From Raillietiella orientalis (taxonomy: Eukaryota), in NCBI GenBank assembly GCA_036172245.1, contig JAYWIR010000020.1, positions 1,178,001 through 1,242,000 on the forward strand: a DNA stretch of 64,000 nt. Reading direction: 5' to 3'. The notes under the pieces were generated by a model. The model was not told the DNA's origin, ran no database searches, and worked only from the letters and a program-made list of their open reading frames with translations. Below, in pieces: positions 13,250 to 25,189 of the stretch. Each line of letters starts with the position of its first letter. Within the stretch, counting starts at the first letter, position 1. Position numbers and translations under genes: made by a program.

Positions 13250-16200
13250 AGAGACCCTGACAAAGCCCTGACTTCAACAAGGGGCATTCCTCCCTCACAC
13301 TCTGGAACACCCTTTGCTGACCAGCCCTTCGCTGATAACAACGAAGCTATGCCTCCCTATGGGAGCGTGATGGCAGTAATCAACCTGCTACGCGGGGGAT
13401 TTCCTGCTGCAAAGTCTCAGCAAACCAACTAGTGGCTGGTGGACTCGAGAATTAGGACTCCAAGAGACCAGATGTTCGCACCCAAGGACTGTACTGGAGG
13501 ACAGACAACCTTGAAATCCATTTGGATGAACCTGTGGTACCCTCTACTCCCCGGGACAGTTCAGTGATTTTCCTCAGGCAGCAGCTCGTCTTGCGCTGGG
13601 GTTTCCAGCGCAACCAGCTCCGGCACCCATCGAACAAGAGGGAACATACGGTCCCAGACTGAGTCAAATGAAGAGCGATTGGGTCATCCCTGGGTCTTCT
13701 TTTGGACTGCGCTTTCCTCCGCAGTGGATGGCAACATAAAATTAGCCGTTGTCATTCCAGCTACAAAGAAGCTGCCTGGGGAAACCCCCTTGACAGTTTC
13801 TGTGTTTCAAGGACTCTCAGCCTCCAGACTTTTGGCGATGCTGTGCTGTACCCGTGCAGAAATTGCGAGTGAGGTGGAGCGGCTGTAGCACCGTAGGACG
13901 GTCATTCGCTTTATCCCATCCGTGACTATCAAGGTATCGGGATGGCCTCACCTCCTCCATGAAATCAAGGAGGACGCTGCTCGGGATATCGGGAGGTTGT
14001 AAGAAAGATACAAAGCAGAAACACGGTGACTCCTCCTCTATTTCCCGAAAAAGATAAAGATTTGAGCCAGCGCTTCCCCATATCGTGTGTGAGCGTGTTA
14101 TCGAGATTGCTCTATTGCATTCAGCAGCCATCGGCACGATTTGCGGAATGCGATCCTCATGTCAAAAGGACAACAGGAAGGACAATGTGAACCCCTCAGT
14201 ACGTGGTTGCCGATCGCAGCCACCGAGCCGATGTCGGATTCCACCCAGTCACCACGAAGACGTTTCCCTACACCTGTTTTCCTGACGTTCCCCGCCGACC
14301 TGTGAGCTTCCCGCATGGGATGTTGCTCTGAATCGCTCGATTCATGGGAAATCACCCGGACGCTTTTGATTACACTCGAGACTGCGCGGAGAGAAACTTC
14401 ATTTCTCTCATCCCGAGATGGATGACGTGGAGAACACGTCGTCATGTTTCGCAGGGATGATGGACTTTTCTCACGTTCCTTTCTCCAAAAGAGACACTAC
14501 AGACGATAGATGAAGTTCATTTCGCGGGTACTCCTGCGTACGCGCGAGTGCATCCTTCGTTCCCGTGGGTGACGGATGGTAGATGCTCGATGATGGGAGA
14601 ATGCCTGGTCGCAACTTTTGCATCGGTTCACTCTGACTCGGGAAGCTGGATGGTTGGGTGAACAGCCAATCCGGCTTTCAAAGAAAGCGCGCCTTGGAAC
14701 CTCCAAAATGGCAACCGGTCAAGGTTCTCACTCCTAGAGCTGCTAGCAAGAGATGTCTTGATGAGGGGAGTTGGCTTTCGGTTTCATCTCTCTGGTTCGC
14801 ATTTTTCCGTTGGCTCAAGAGCGCGCGCCATGCTCTTCATTCGCGAGTGAGTGGTGAGTCGAGCAAAGGGGGCCACCAAACGGATCTCTCCGTCGGCGGA
14901 TTTGCAGCTTTTCTTCTTAGTGAGGCGATCCGGAAGGAACATCATCTCGGAGCTCACGAAGCAAAGCTTGAAGATGAAGTGGATGCGGAGCCTGTGGCTC
15001 CAATCTCGCAGTCCCGTGCGAGCTAGGCTGCCTATCTGCACCGAGCCGAGTCGACTGACTAAGGGGAATGATCGCATATCATCGCTTTCTCCCGTAGGTC
15101 TCCACGGAAACTAGGAAATTCTATCTGCGCTGGGATGCGGTTTCAGGACGTCAGGAAGGCCGGGATCCTCTCAGACCGGGGCTCATGGCACTCGCATTTA
15201 TCCTGTGAACTCTTCGGTGGGCTCTTGAGGGGGCAGTCGCTTTCGAAACTGCCGGAGACCACCTACGGGAAAGGTCGCGGTCACCCAGTCAGCCCTTTGC
15301 TTTCGTGGAGCAACCGACCTCGTGCATTCGTCAAGAAAAGTCCCAAGAGGAGAATCAGGACTCCCTCTTCCCTGGGAATGAGAACCAGAGTGGGACGGGC
15401 TGCTCCAGTATAAAAAACAGCCCAAACGAGCGTACTGGCAACCTGCTCCTCCTCTCTTTTGCCCATTCCTTCCTCTTCCCCTTCCCCATCTAAGGAAAGG
15501 GGAAGTCTCCGAACTTCCCCTGTTCAAAATTTGCCACAAAGCGCCTCTAGGAGGATGGTGGCTGTCCTTCGGATTTCTCTTCCAATCAGGAAGACATGGA
15601 CGTCTTTCCGAGAGGGCATTCCGGGTCGACAAGGGAAGACGACGAGGGCACAGCCATCTCCTTACGCCTAACCGTAGGGATGCTACCCGAAGTCAAAAGG
15701 GCGAGCGAGAAGCCCACGGGAAAGTCTGCACCACTTCATCCTCCCCTTCTCTCCTCCTATCAAGGGGCCGGCCAACTCCTCCCTCAAGGTCACGGAAATC
15801 GCCCTTCCCATCGCTCCTCTAGCTTCCTGCAGGCATGTGAGAAGGGCCTGCGGCAGGGCACGACTCTTGCTGCCGGCCCCTGCCATCCTGGCACTTCTGC
15901 GAGCGAGGCGCTTTCGAAGCGTTTCTGCTTTCCCCGAAAAAGCGTTGGGGGAAGGGTTAGGGAAGGTGTCTCCGTTAGCTGAGCGAGGGCAGACGAGAAG
16001 GGCAGCGCCTCCAGGAGCTCATCTTTCCAAGAGAGGAAAGGCAAGTGCTGAAGCCATCACATGGAGAGACCCCGAGGGGACTGGGAGAGGCAAGTGCTCG
16101 TTCCCAGCGCGCAGAAAGGGAGGAAAGGAAGGGTTCTGGCACAAGGCAGAGGGAGCGCTCTCACTCGGAAAGCTCAGAGCTGAAATCTTCTCCTCTGAGA

Positions 16201-17700
16201 ATGAGACCAGAAGAGAGGTGAGGGTGCAAGGATAGGGAGGTAATGAAACAGCTCCTTCTCTCCCCCTCTGCCTCTTCTATCCTCGAGATTGCAGTCCCGT
16301 CTCCTCCTCTGACCAGAAGTGGCCCGTCCGCGGCAGCAGTTTTCCCATCCAGTTCTTCCAGCATCCGCATCCGGTAGAGGCGAGAGGCAGCGAAGGAAAG
16401 TTCGGCAACGATTCCCTTCACCGGGGAAGACGAATCGGGCCTAATGATTCCCTCTTGGCCATAGTCCTCGACTAGTCGGCCCGCGTCGAAGACTCTCGGA
16501 CGATGGTGCGGATCCTTCTTCCTCTGTGTCTCCGGCGCGTCCCTTGGCTTCCTGCCTGCCTGCTTCCCGAAGATGGGAACGGAAATGGCCGGATCGCGTG
16601 GGATATCGCTTTCACTTTCCGATTCTCTCACCAGCTTTCGATCCCGGAGAACGTAACGGGGAGAGTTTTCCGCTCCCCGTCCTTACTGCTTTCTTCCCTG
16701 CGCCGGGATGACCTTCCTGTCCGTCCGAGAAGGGAACCGGACACCTGGGGAGGAGGAAAAAATCCCGAGAGGTTTCCGAGGCCTCCCCTCGCCGAGAGGA
16801 TTCTTCGCGTGAAGTGTGAAGAGAGTCATGCGTTTTGTTCGAGATCTTCTCGGATCCCAGACGGCTTCCTCCGCGCAGGCCGACTGGCGACGCGATGCCG
16901 GGAGCCGCACCTCCCCCTGCTTCCGGAGGAGGCAGCGGACGTCTCTCCCGCATCTCCTCTTGGCAGCCCTCTCTTCTGCCGCTAACAAAACTCGCAGCTC
17001 CTCGCCCCCTCTGGTGGTCATGCAATCCCAGGAGCCGAAAACTTCCTCCTGGAACCCGAGCGGCACCTGAGCAGCGCGTGCCCCTTTCGGTTCCAGCTTC
17101 CGGGATCTCTCGTCGGTGGTCGGAGAGAATGCGGGTCGTCAACTCCCGATTGCTTCGTGCCTGTGGAGTCCTGGAGAATCCTCTTTCTTGTGGTGGGCCC
17201 GGATCTCCCGCTTCCTTTCCCGGGGCCGACGGAGGGAGACGGCTGCACCTCCTGGCGCGCGACGGCGTTCCCGAGAACGACTGCGGCGGCAGTCTCGACG
17301 GTTCCTGTACAGTGTCTTCACCTTTCTCCTCGCGCTCAACGGTCCACTCTGGATCTGCTTCCGAAGGCAAGGAGCGCTTTGGGGCTCCGGGAGCGACGCC
17401 GCGGCGTCTCTGATCCGTTTCCGGATGGTTATTCGGCATCCGCTCCACACCTCCGTCCATCCCTCGGCGGGAAATCGGGAACAGTGCCTTCTAATCCCGT
17501 ACCCCAGCAGAGTGCCTTCGAAAGCTTCAGATCCAGGAAACGCCGTTGAGTGTGCAGGCTCGAGGTCACCCCCAAAGGATCCACAGCCTCCCTCTGCTTT
17601 CTGTCTTCTCGCCTCTTCATCGTTCCTGTCTCCTTCAGAATCGGAGCGATGATGGGCCACTGTTGGCTGGATCTCCCCTGAATCTTCCTTCCAGGAAGCT
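13250..17700 (-). mobile_element. Decayed non-LTR retrotransposon, R1/LOA-like (APE-RT-RNase H-CCHC); possibly two pieces or interrupted by an insertion at ~14250-15100
   Basis: Ordered motif remnants on minus. APE: LSDHR (17113-17127). RT: TAISRIEEA (~16270-16295), *A*GDGCALVV matching QAYADD.ALVV (15638-15670), NP.KTATIL (~15550-15575), FYTGAARPTL (15386-15415). RNase H: IVTDGIK (13909-13929) and RWVP...GN..ADEL (13582-13632). LIT(G)H...GRH (~13350-13385). Confidence 0.75.
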
Positions 17701-19149
17701 GCTGTTCTTCATCCTTCCTTAGGATAGCGTCTTGTCTTCACCTGCTGTGGCGGCTACTGCTTCCATTTACCATCCTCTCGATGATGATGCGCCGCTGCTG
17801 GTGCAGCTTTTCTTCTAGGGAAGCCCGTGTGGTGGTCAATACAGGGGCGCTCGAAGACAAGAGGAAGGAAGGGAGATGTAAGAGCCGGGAAGAGGTTCTC
17901 TCTACGGTCCGATGCTCGGCGTATCCGATCTCGCCTCCGCCTAGCACGAAGGGGACAGGGGGAGATACAAAGGGAGAGCTCGTGAGATGGAAAGTTCGAT
18001 CCTCCCGCGCGAGGCTGCGAAGACTTTCCGGTCTCGGGAGAGAGGACCGGAAAAGGGAACAACATCCTGCGCGGGTGGCGGAGCGGAGCTTCCCCCGAGC
18101 TTCCGAAGGGGGCCGGATAGGGCCAGGGAGACGGCGACCGTTGTTCAGGAGGAGGAAAACTCCGGCATTCTCGGAAAGGTTCTCCACCTGGAGGAGAATC
18201 CAGGTCGAGGACCAGAGAGTCAGAAGAGATGGAGCGTTCCCCAGCTTTCACCTACGATGGACTAGGAGGATGAGCGTACTTTCGGGAGCGCCTCTTCCAA
18301 ATCCACACGATCTGCGTTGGCGCGGGTGCGTTCCTCAGCGGACACAGCCTCCGACGGATCCGGGCTATGCAGTGCCTGCGGGACACGGGAAAGGGCGCCT
18401 TTCCAGGTGCTGCGAGATCCGCCACCGCCTTGTTCCTCTCCCAAACCGTGACGGAGGGAGCAGCTGCTCCACCTGGTCCGCTGTCTCCAGTCTCAGGTTC
18501 GTCTCTTCCCTTCTTCGGAAGTTCTTTGCAGAGGGGAGGCGTCCTTCTGCCCTCGAGCGGAGGGTAGCCATGCCTCCGTGGCATCACCTTTCAAAAGGAA
18601 CTTCATTGCACTGGGGGCTTCCCGGAAGTCTTGCTCCCGATGAGGGAGTCCGCAGGTCAGTACGTGTTGCAGGAAGCCACGCGGCACTACCCTTCGATCT
18701 CATCCCGCCCACGGATGGCCCGTCTGAGAACGTACGCGTGCCACGTTCGTGAGAGAACGTCATCTCCTATGTCGCGTAAGTGAAATGCGATGTCGCGCAC
18801 CTGCACTCAGCAGGCGCGCCTACACACACGTTTCTTCGGAAATGTATTTGCCCGCGTGAATGTATACGCGCATAAATGTGTGCGCTTGGAAACGTACAGA
18901 TTGCTGACTGGAATGTAGGGAATGCCAAACCACCGAGAGCGCAGCCGCAAAGCCTTGAAAACTGGGCAGTGAAGGGGAGGGGAGGGGGAAGAGAAGGAGG
19001 GAGGAAACAAAAGGATCACATACACGTTGCCACACCTTTCGGGATTCTGGCATCGTGCGGGATCTTTTTAAGTGGTCGTGTCCTGTGAAATGTTCTGAGG
19101 TTCCGCCACCGTTGCACTACGTTCTTTGACATCCTTTCGAGATCACTCC

Positions 19150-19700
19150 ACCTGAACTTGGGACGGCAGTCCCTCGGTTGCCCCGGGAGATGCTACCGCC
19201 GGCGACAGCCCGGCGACAGCATCGCCCGAAAAGGATCCGGTCTGGCAATGATACTGTTCTAATTCTTGTGGTGCAAGATCAGTAGGCTCGCTGCTGGCCC
19301 CGAAAGACAGCCGCTGACCTTTTCGGCTCCTGCAACAGAAGGGGAGGAGAAAGGATATTCTTTCGCACATCCAGCTACCGACTCAAAACGGCGTCCCCCT
19401 CAGCTCTCAGTAACCGAAAGTCCGGTCGCAACGGTGGGGCGACCACCATCTCGGTGCAGCTCGGTTGCACGATGGCATAGGCCAAGGGAGGTGAGATGGT
19501 CGCTTCCTTGGATGCTCCTGCTTACTCAATCAACGCCAGTGATCGTTTTCCGATACTCCCGCAGCCACTTGATTTGTAGGCTGCTGTCAAATAATGACAT
19601 CCTTCCTGCTCATTATTTGGCCCAAGATGGCGACAGGCGACACGACGAGAAAGAATCTCTTGTGCGGAAGTGCCAACGCATTGACTCCCGGATCTTCCAA
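19150..19700 (-). mobile_element. Decayed APE endonuclease fragment of a non-LTR retrotransposon
   Basis: Minus strand gives DVII*QQP (D..IQEP motif, 19578-19601), HHKN*NS (HH..WGS motif, 19253-19273) and NRG..PKF (LN.G..PTF motif, 19154-19179) in the correct order. Confidence 0.65.
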
Positions 19701-20559
19701 TGAATAGGATCATCGATTCGCAAAGACAATGCTCTCCGGGCATCTCTCCTTCTTACTTCCTACTCCCATGAAAAGGCAGTGGAGGAGTGGGAGACCTTAT
19801 TTTTTTTCTTTTTGCTTGAATTCCAAAAGATTCTTTTGAGCCCCTGCGTGGGTGCGAGGGTGGACCGTCGCATGTCGCGCATTTGGTCAGCTTTGAGCAG
19901 CATCTCCAGGTACGGGGAACGGAGCAGCCTCGCATCTTTTGGCTCCTGGTAACGGGCGTGCGATCCAGAAGACCGCTTTGCTATCCGCAGGCTTTCGCAA
20001 TTACTCAAGGGAAGCACCACTCTGACTGCGGTGGAGGAAGCGCTCGAGCATCGATCTTGGGCCTGCTTCCCATTCCTGCACCACATGATTGAGAGGAGGA
20101 TGCTATCGTCTGATCTCGTTTTTCCAAGATCTTTTGGATTATTATTTTATTTTATTTTATTTTGCAAAGAAAGAAAAAAAATGGCCTGCCGTGGATGGTT
20201 GCTACCCAGGACATGCTTGGACACGGGCACCCTCGATACGAGAGGAAGGACGCTCAGCATCGCACGATGGGAATCCACAATCCATCAGTTTCCCGCGCAC
20301 AGGTCAATGTGTCTCCAGCCGCAGCCTCTTTCAGCGGAGTTCGATTTTCGACTCGGAAAGCTTCGAGGACAGCATCCCTGAAGGCGGATTGATGCTCCAG
20401 GGAGATCAACAGGTCATCCGCTCTCGCGGGTTTCGTCACGAGGCCGTCCCAAACACCGCGCGACGTGGATGCTTCCCTATCCCCCATCAGATGGCCTCCT
20501 CGTGCGGAATTTTCGCGGAGAGGCAGGCATTCCTCCGTCACCCCTCTGGCGTTGGAGAA

Positions 20560-22330
20560 CGCACGCTTTCGGTTTTCCAGGGGCTCCCCTGATCACTTCG
20601 AGGAGCAGCCTGCCTCGATCTCGGAAAGAGCGTGCTCCTCCTCCAGGGTTCCCGATGGCTGTCCCCTGAGTAAGTTGGAGAGATCCGATCGAAACCTCCA
20701 CGAGACTACAGCCCTTCTCTCCTCCCTGCTTCCGCGTGGGAGAGAGAAGGAGCTCTATCTAGGGTCTGGAACATGGGTGGTCTTTCCCTTCTCGCGAAAA
20801 AAAGGGGTACGCAGGCCATTTCTGAAGGCGCACTCGGGGTGGAGGATGCTCTGCACACATCTTCTGTATATTTACGGTACGTCGCGAGCGAGATCAGTAT
20901 TTGGGTTGTCTACACGGCAGCTTCGCTGGGCTACGTCCCGCTTCGCTTCCAGGGTCTCTCGGTGCCACCTGAAACCCCAAGCGCCCATGTGGATGGGGAC
21001 CCACCGACCGACCGGCCCAGATCGGCTGCGGAAGCAGGATGGCCTTCGTCTTTATGGGAAGGTCCGTGCTCATACGAGGCTGGAGGAACGCACATAACCC
21101 GCGCTGCCGAGGCCAGCTCGTCGCGGATGATGACGCACTGGGGAAGGCACGTGCTCCTGAAACAACTCGAAGCCGTTGCGGGATTGCGCATGCCCACTCC
21201 CCCATCTGCCTGCTGTACGGGACAAATGACAGTACCGTTTCAGATTGCTCCCCCCCCCTTTCTCTCTCCTTCCGGAATGAAGAGATGTGGGAAAGAGGCA
21301 CCTATTAAATCTTTCTCCGTGGAACGGAACATCCCCTAATGAGTTCCTTCGTCCTGATATCAATTATTCGTTGGGACGGGAATATGCCTTTTCGTATCGT
21401 CATACGGGAAGCGGTGAACGATCCGGATGGAAGTCTGGGCGAATGCAGTTTCCAGGACCTCAGGGGAGTCAGTTCGGAACGGCTGAGGGAGCGACCGGCT
21501 TCGCGTCATCGGAAAGGATACTCGGCTGCATCCGCGAGAATTCCCGGGCTCTATCCGCCGGAGCAGTCATCGCGGTTACGAAAAGGGAGGCCCCTCTTCA
21601 GGCGGAAACTCCTCCGACCCCTCGCCCATGAGCCCCTCTTTTCGTGTTCTCTTTCCCTCTCATCCGGGAGACGGCGCTGGTCGTTCGTCCTGAAAGTCAC
21701 ACGCCTCGGTCAGACTGAGACGAAACCCCCCGCGTTCACGCGATTCTTCCTCGTGGGACTCCGGAGAAGCCGAACAAGGGTGGAACGCTCTCCGAAAGAA
21801 GGAAGGGGCCCATCCACACCACCTCTTTCGGCTACTCACCAGGAGCTACGATGCGGACGACAGCGCCGTGCGCGGTATCCTCCAGAGGGAAAGGAACGAC
21901 ACGCCTCCCGTCATCCGATAAAGGCGCACAAGGGTGCCTTCGCATCTGGGATGATGAATGGGCTCGTTTGGGAGCTCTTGCTCGGCTCGCGCGATCGAGC
22001 GCCCGTCGCTTCCCGGTCTCAGGGATGCTGCGCTCACGAGACCGACAGCTGCCAGCTCATCGGGAAGGGTGATTTCGTCCCCCGCGTCCCGTGCTTGGGG
22101 ATCAGCCACGGGCTTCTTGCGAGAGGGAAACCCTCTCTCCCAGGACGCTCACGTTGACGAAAGCAACGCTCGCGTCTGCTGCTGTTCGTTTGTGCGTTCC
22201 GACAGGCGGAGGACGTGACGGGGGAAGCCCGGCGGAAGTTGGGGATCCGAAGGGAGAGCTTGAAGAGCAAATGAGTCCGGCAGCCCTCGCGCCAGGCTGC
22301 GGATCGGGAGATTTCGAGCGCAAGAGCTGG
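20560..22330 (-). mobile_element. Decayed non-LTR retrotransposon (RT plus RNase H), LOA/R1-like
   Basis: Minus strand: LIPK (22094-22105), GVPRG for GVPQG (21748-21762), LTP..W..CIRP (~21436-21475), V.QA(E) (~21215-21225) and RNase H RWVPIHMG.WG...LEAKR (~20940-21006). Confidence 0.65.
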
Positions 22331-24643
22331 AGCGGCGAAGCCCCGTCCTTCCCGATAGGAAGACGAAAATCCCCGCTAAGTGGATTTTTGGCTCCGGGAA
22401 TTCAGTCCTGGAATTAGGTCCCAGCGAAGCCGCTGGTTCAGGAAACAAAAGACAGGGGGTGGGAGACAGCGTTGCCAAGCCGGTCGGAAGCAGGCTGTAG
22501 ACGCCGGAACTTCGGGGCGTTCGCAAGGACCTTGGTGAGGGTGGAGGAGGAGAATCCTTGCCTTTCAGTTCTTTTCTTACAAATTGCGGACCGCTTTTTC
22601 CGAATGTCGAAGTTTCCACGAGCATTCGGATATTCGAAAGCGCTGCGTATCCAAAAACCTGAAGGAGAGAGATGCTCCTGGTGGAGAAAGAGCTCAAGAG
22701 GTTTTTTTTTCTGAATGGAAGCCTGGGCGATGAGAGGATAACGAGAGTACCGGGAGCGGAGCAGACTGGAACGATGACTGAGCCGGTGGGTTCGCTACAG
22801 CGGAAGTGCCAGATCCCGAGCAACAGGAGCGGATGAAGAACGTGCGAGATAGGAAAGCAGCACGCGTTCTTCCCGATTTGTGAGAGTTTGATCCCTGAAG
22901 ATTCGAGACCATCGGAGGAAGAGATCCCCGATCCGTAACAAGCGTTTTTTGTTGTTGTTGTTGTCGGGAACTCTGGTTCTCGAGAGGGAGGGGGAAGTAG
23001 CATGCTCCACGTCTGCTAGGAACCCACCTGGGTCCCATGCAGCAACACTGGAGATGATTCGATGCGAATCGGGGTCCTGTTCTTCGCTCACCGGTTCGCA
23101 TCCTTCTTGGGGACCCGCCCACAGTTATAACAGAGCGCTTTTGGCCCGTACTACCTAAGAGGTAGCAGGTAGAGACTCCAGGATGCCTGATCCCTTCAGT
23201 TTTCGTTCGGGATTCGTGTTTTAGCTGCTCTTTGCATCGAGAAGGAGGAAAAGCAGGAAAGTAAACTTTTTACGAAAGTTCACGGAATCTTTCGAAAATG
23301 CAACGTTTGCGCGCGCACAGTCCTCATCATCTCCGCCATGTCGGCACACGGGTACACAACGGATGACTTTTCTATATGCACAGAGTGAAATAGGGAACGA
23401 CTAGTGCGACAGAATTCTAAAGTCGAATGGAGCACCACAGATGCTCGAGCAAGAAGGGACAGGTGGCCAGCTGAGAGTCCAGTTACGTTCATCGGCAAGA
23501 TGGCCGATGAAGGTCTCCTTGCTTCTTGCATGATACCGCAGACCAGCTGGTCGGCAATGCATTTGTTTCCCTCCGGTGAAGTAGTGATTAATGGCACCTC
23601 TTTCTAGTTCAAGTAGATCTGCTTCCAACGTGATTGGTCATGCGCACTTGATGTTCTCGGATACTGAACCAAGCAATCACCTTTGGAAACGAATTTCTCG
23701 TTTCCAAGTGTGGTAGTAGCACACCCAACTTCAAACTATCTCATGCAAAATTTCCGACCGCATTTAGGAGAATCTTCCTTTAAGGAGCCAGGAACTGAAT
23801 GAAATGTTCGATGAATTCAATCAAACTGAAATTTTATTGGTTGGTCCTGAGCGCAATCGAACACGGATGAACGGTTTTAAAATTCGCGGGTTCGAGTCCA
23901 GAATCCTTCCAGATCATTTTCATCGAGTATCGCAGCAGCTGAGCAAGTCGGCTGAGAGCCTCGGGCGAGTCTCGAGATGTACTCCAGCCTTATTTCTGGG
24001 AATAATTAGGTTTGTACCTTCCATCTTCCCACTGGACAGCTGCCCTTTCCGTCCGGCTGTTCTTATGCAACTTGTCACCTCTCAAGCCGCGTATCTATCT
24101 GCCCTCTTCTGTTTCCAAATCCGAATTCTTCGAAAGCAGGAGGACCGCTTTCCACTGACTACTGAACGCGGAGATGCAATGCCCGAAGGGATTTCGTTTC
24201 CCGTGCGACGCGCCCCGATTGTCTTTGCATACTTAAATACTCCCAGCCGGTGTAAAAGTTGGAGACACTGATGCTGGGTCGATCAGCCAGCACCCACTTC
24301 GTCCAGGAAACAAAGTCTTTCTTCTTCCCTCCCGTAAGATGAAGAACGTCTCGCTGACGTCCGTCTGTGTAAGTTTCGGCCTGTCCGTCCACCTCCGGAT
24401 GATGTCAACCACGAGCTACACTTCGTGTGCAGAGCCTCCGGTCTCAACCCAGCCTCGGATTCCTCCCGCTCCAGGTTGGCGTGAGCCCACCTCGCAGTCC
24501 ACGGAAACGCTTGCTGCGTCTCGTCAAGACCGTGTTTGTTTGAACGCTCGACGTTCCCAAGCTGTGATTGGGCGCATCCGAAAATAAATCCGGGCGGAAG
24601 GAGGTGGTGCAGCTCCGCGATCAAAGTCAACCGTGAAGATTCA

Positions 24644-24671
24644 GCGTGCGTGCGTGCGTGCGTGCGTGCGT
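24644..24671. repeat. (GCGT)7 microsatellite
   Basis: Direct reading of the sequence. Confidence 0.9.
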
Positions 24672-25189
24672 ATGTTTTAAATAACACGGGCGTGTTTGAA
24701 AGAGCGGGCGGGAGCCGCGAAGAGTCGCTCGCAGCAAACGCTGCCTACGATCGAGTGGCGCGGTGGTGGATTTCCGATTCCTGTTCCTTCGCTTCACTCT
24801 GGAGTTCGAAGCGGCGGCATGTGCTGCGTCGAGGCGATGTTCCCAAACGATTTCCGTAACCAAAACACGCACGCACACAGCTTATGGAGTGACCTTCGAC
24901 TCGTCCCGCCGAGCTCGTCGAATAGCGGAAAAGCACCTGGAAAACGCCTCTATAGATGGCTGCAAGGATAAGATTTCCTTGGATCGAATCAGTGGCCTGG
25001 TCTCGTAGTATAGAGTGCATGGTGGAGGTATGAGTTGTGGTCGAATACACGTGGTCATTCAGAGAGAAAGGGACGGACTCTTTGATGATTAATAAAGGAA
25101 TGGGGAGATTGCTTGGGGAGGGTCCTACGATTGATGGATGAGCTTTGGGAGTGTTTTCAGTCAGATGAGACTGGTGGTTGAGAAGCACG

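Noticed and set aside
16503..18752. Many overlapping 130-320 aa ORFs on both strands
   Set aside because: Arg/Pro/Ser-rich, stop-poor GC DNA. Partly explained by the LINE relic. No ORF1 zinc knuckle could be identified in 17.7-18.75 kb, so it is not annotated.
23840..23900. B-box-like GGTTCGAGTCC
   Set aside because: No credible A box or cloverleaf upstream.
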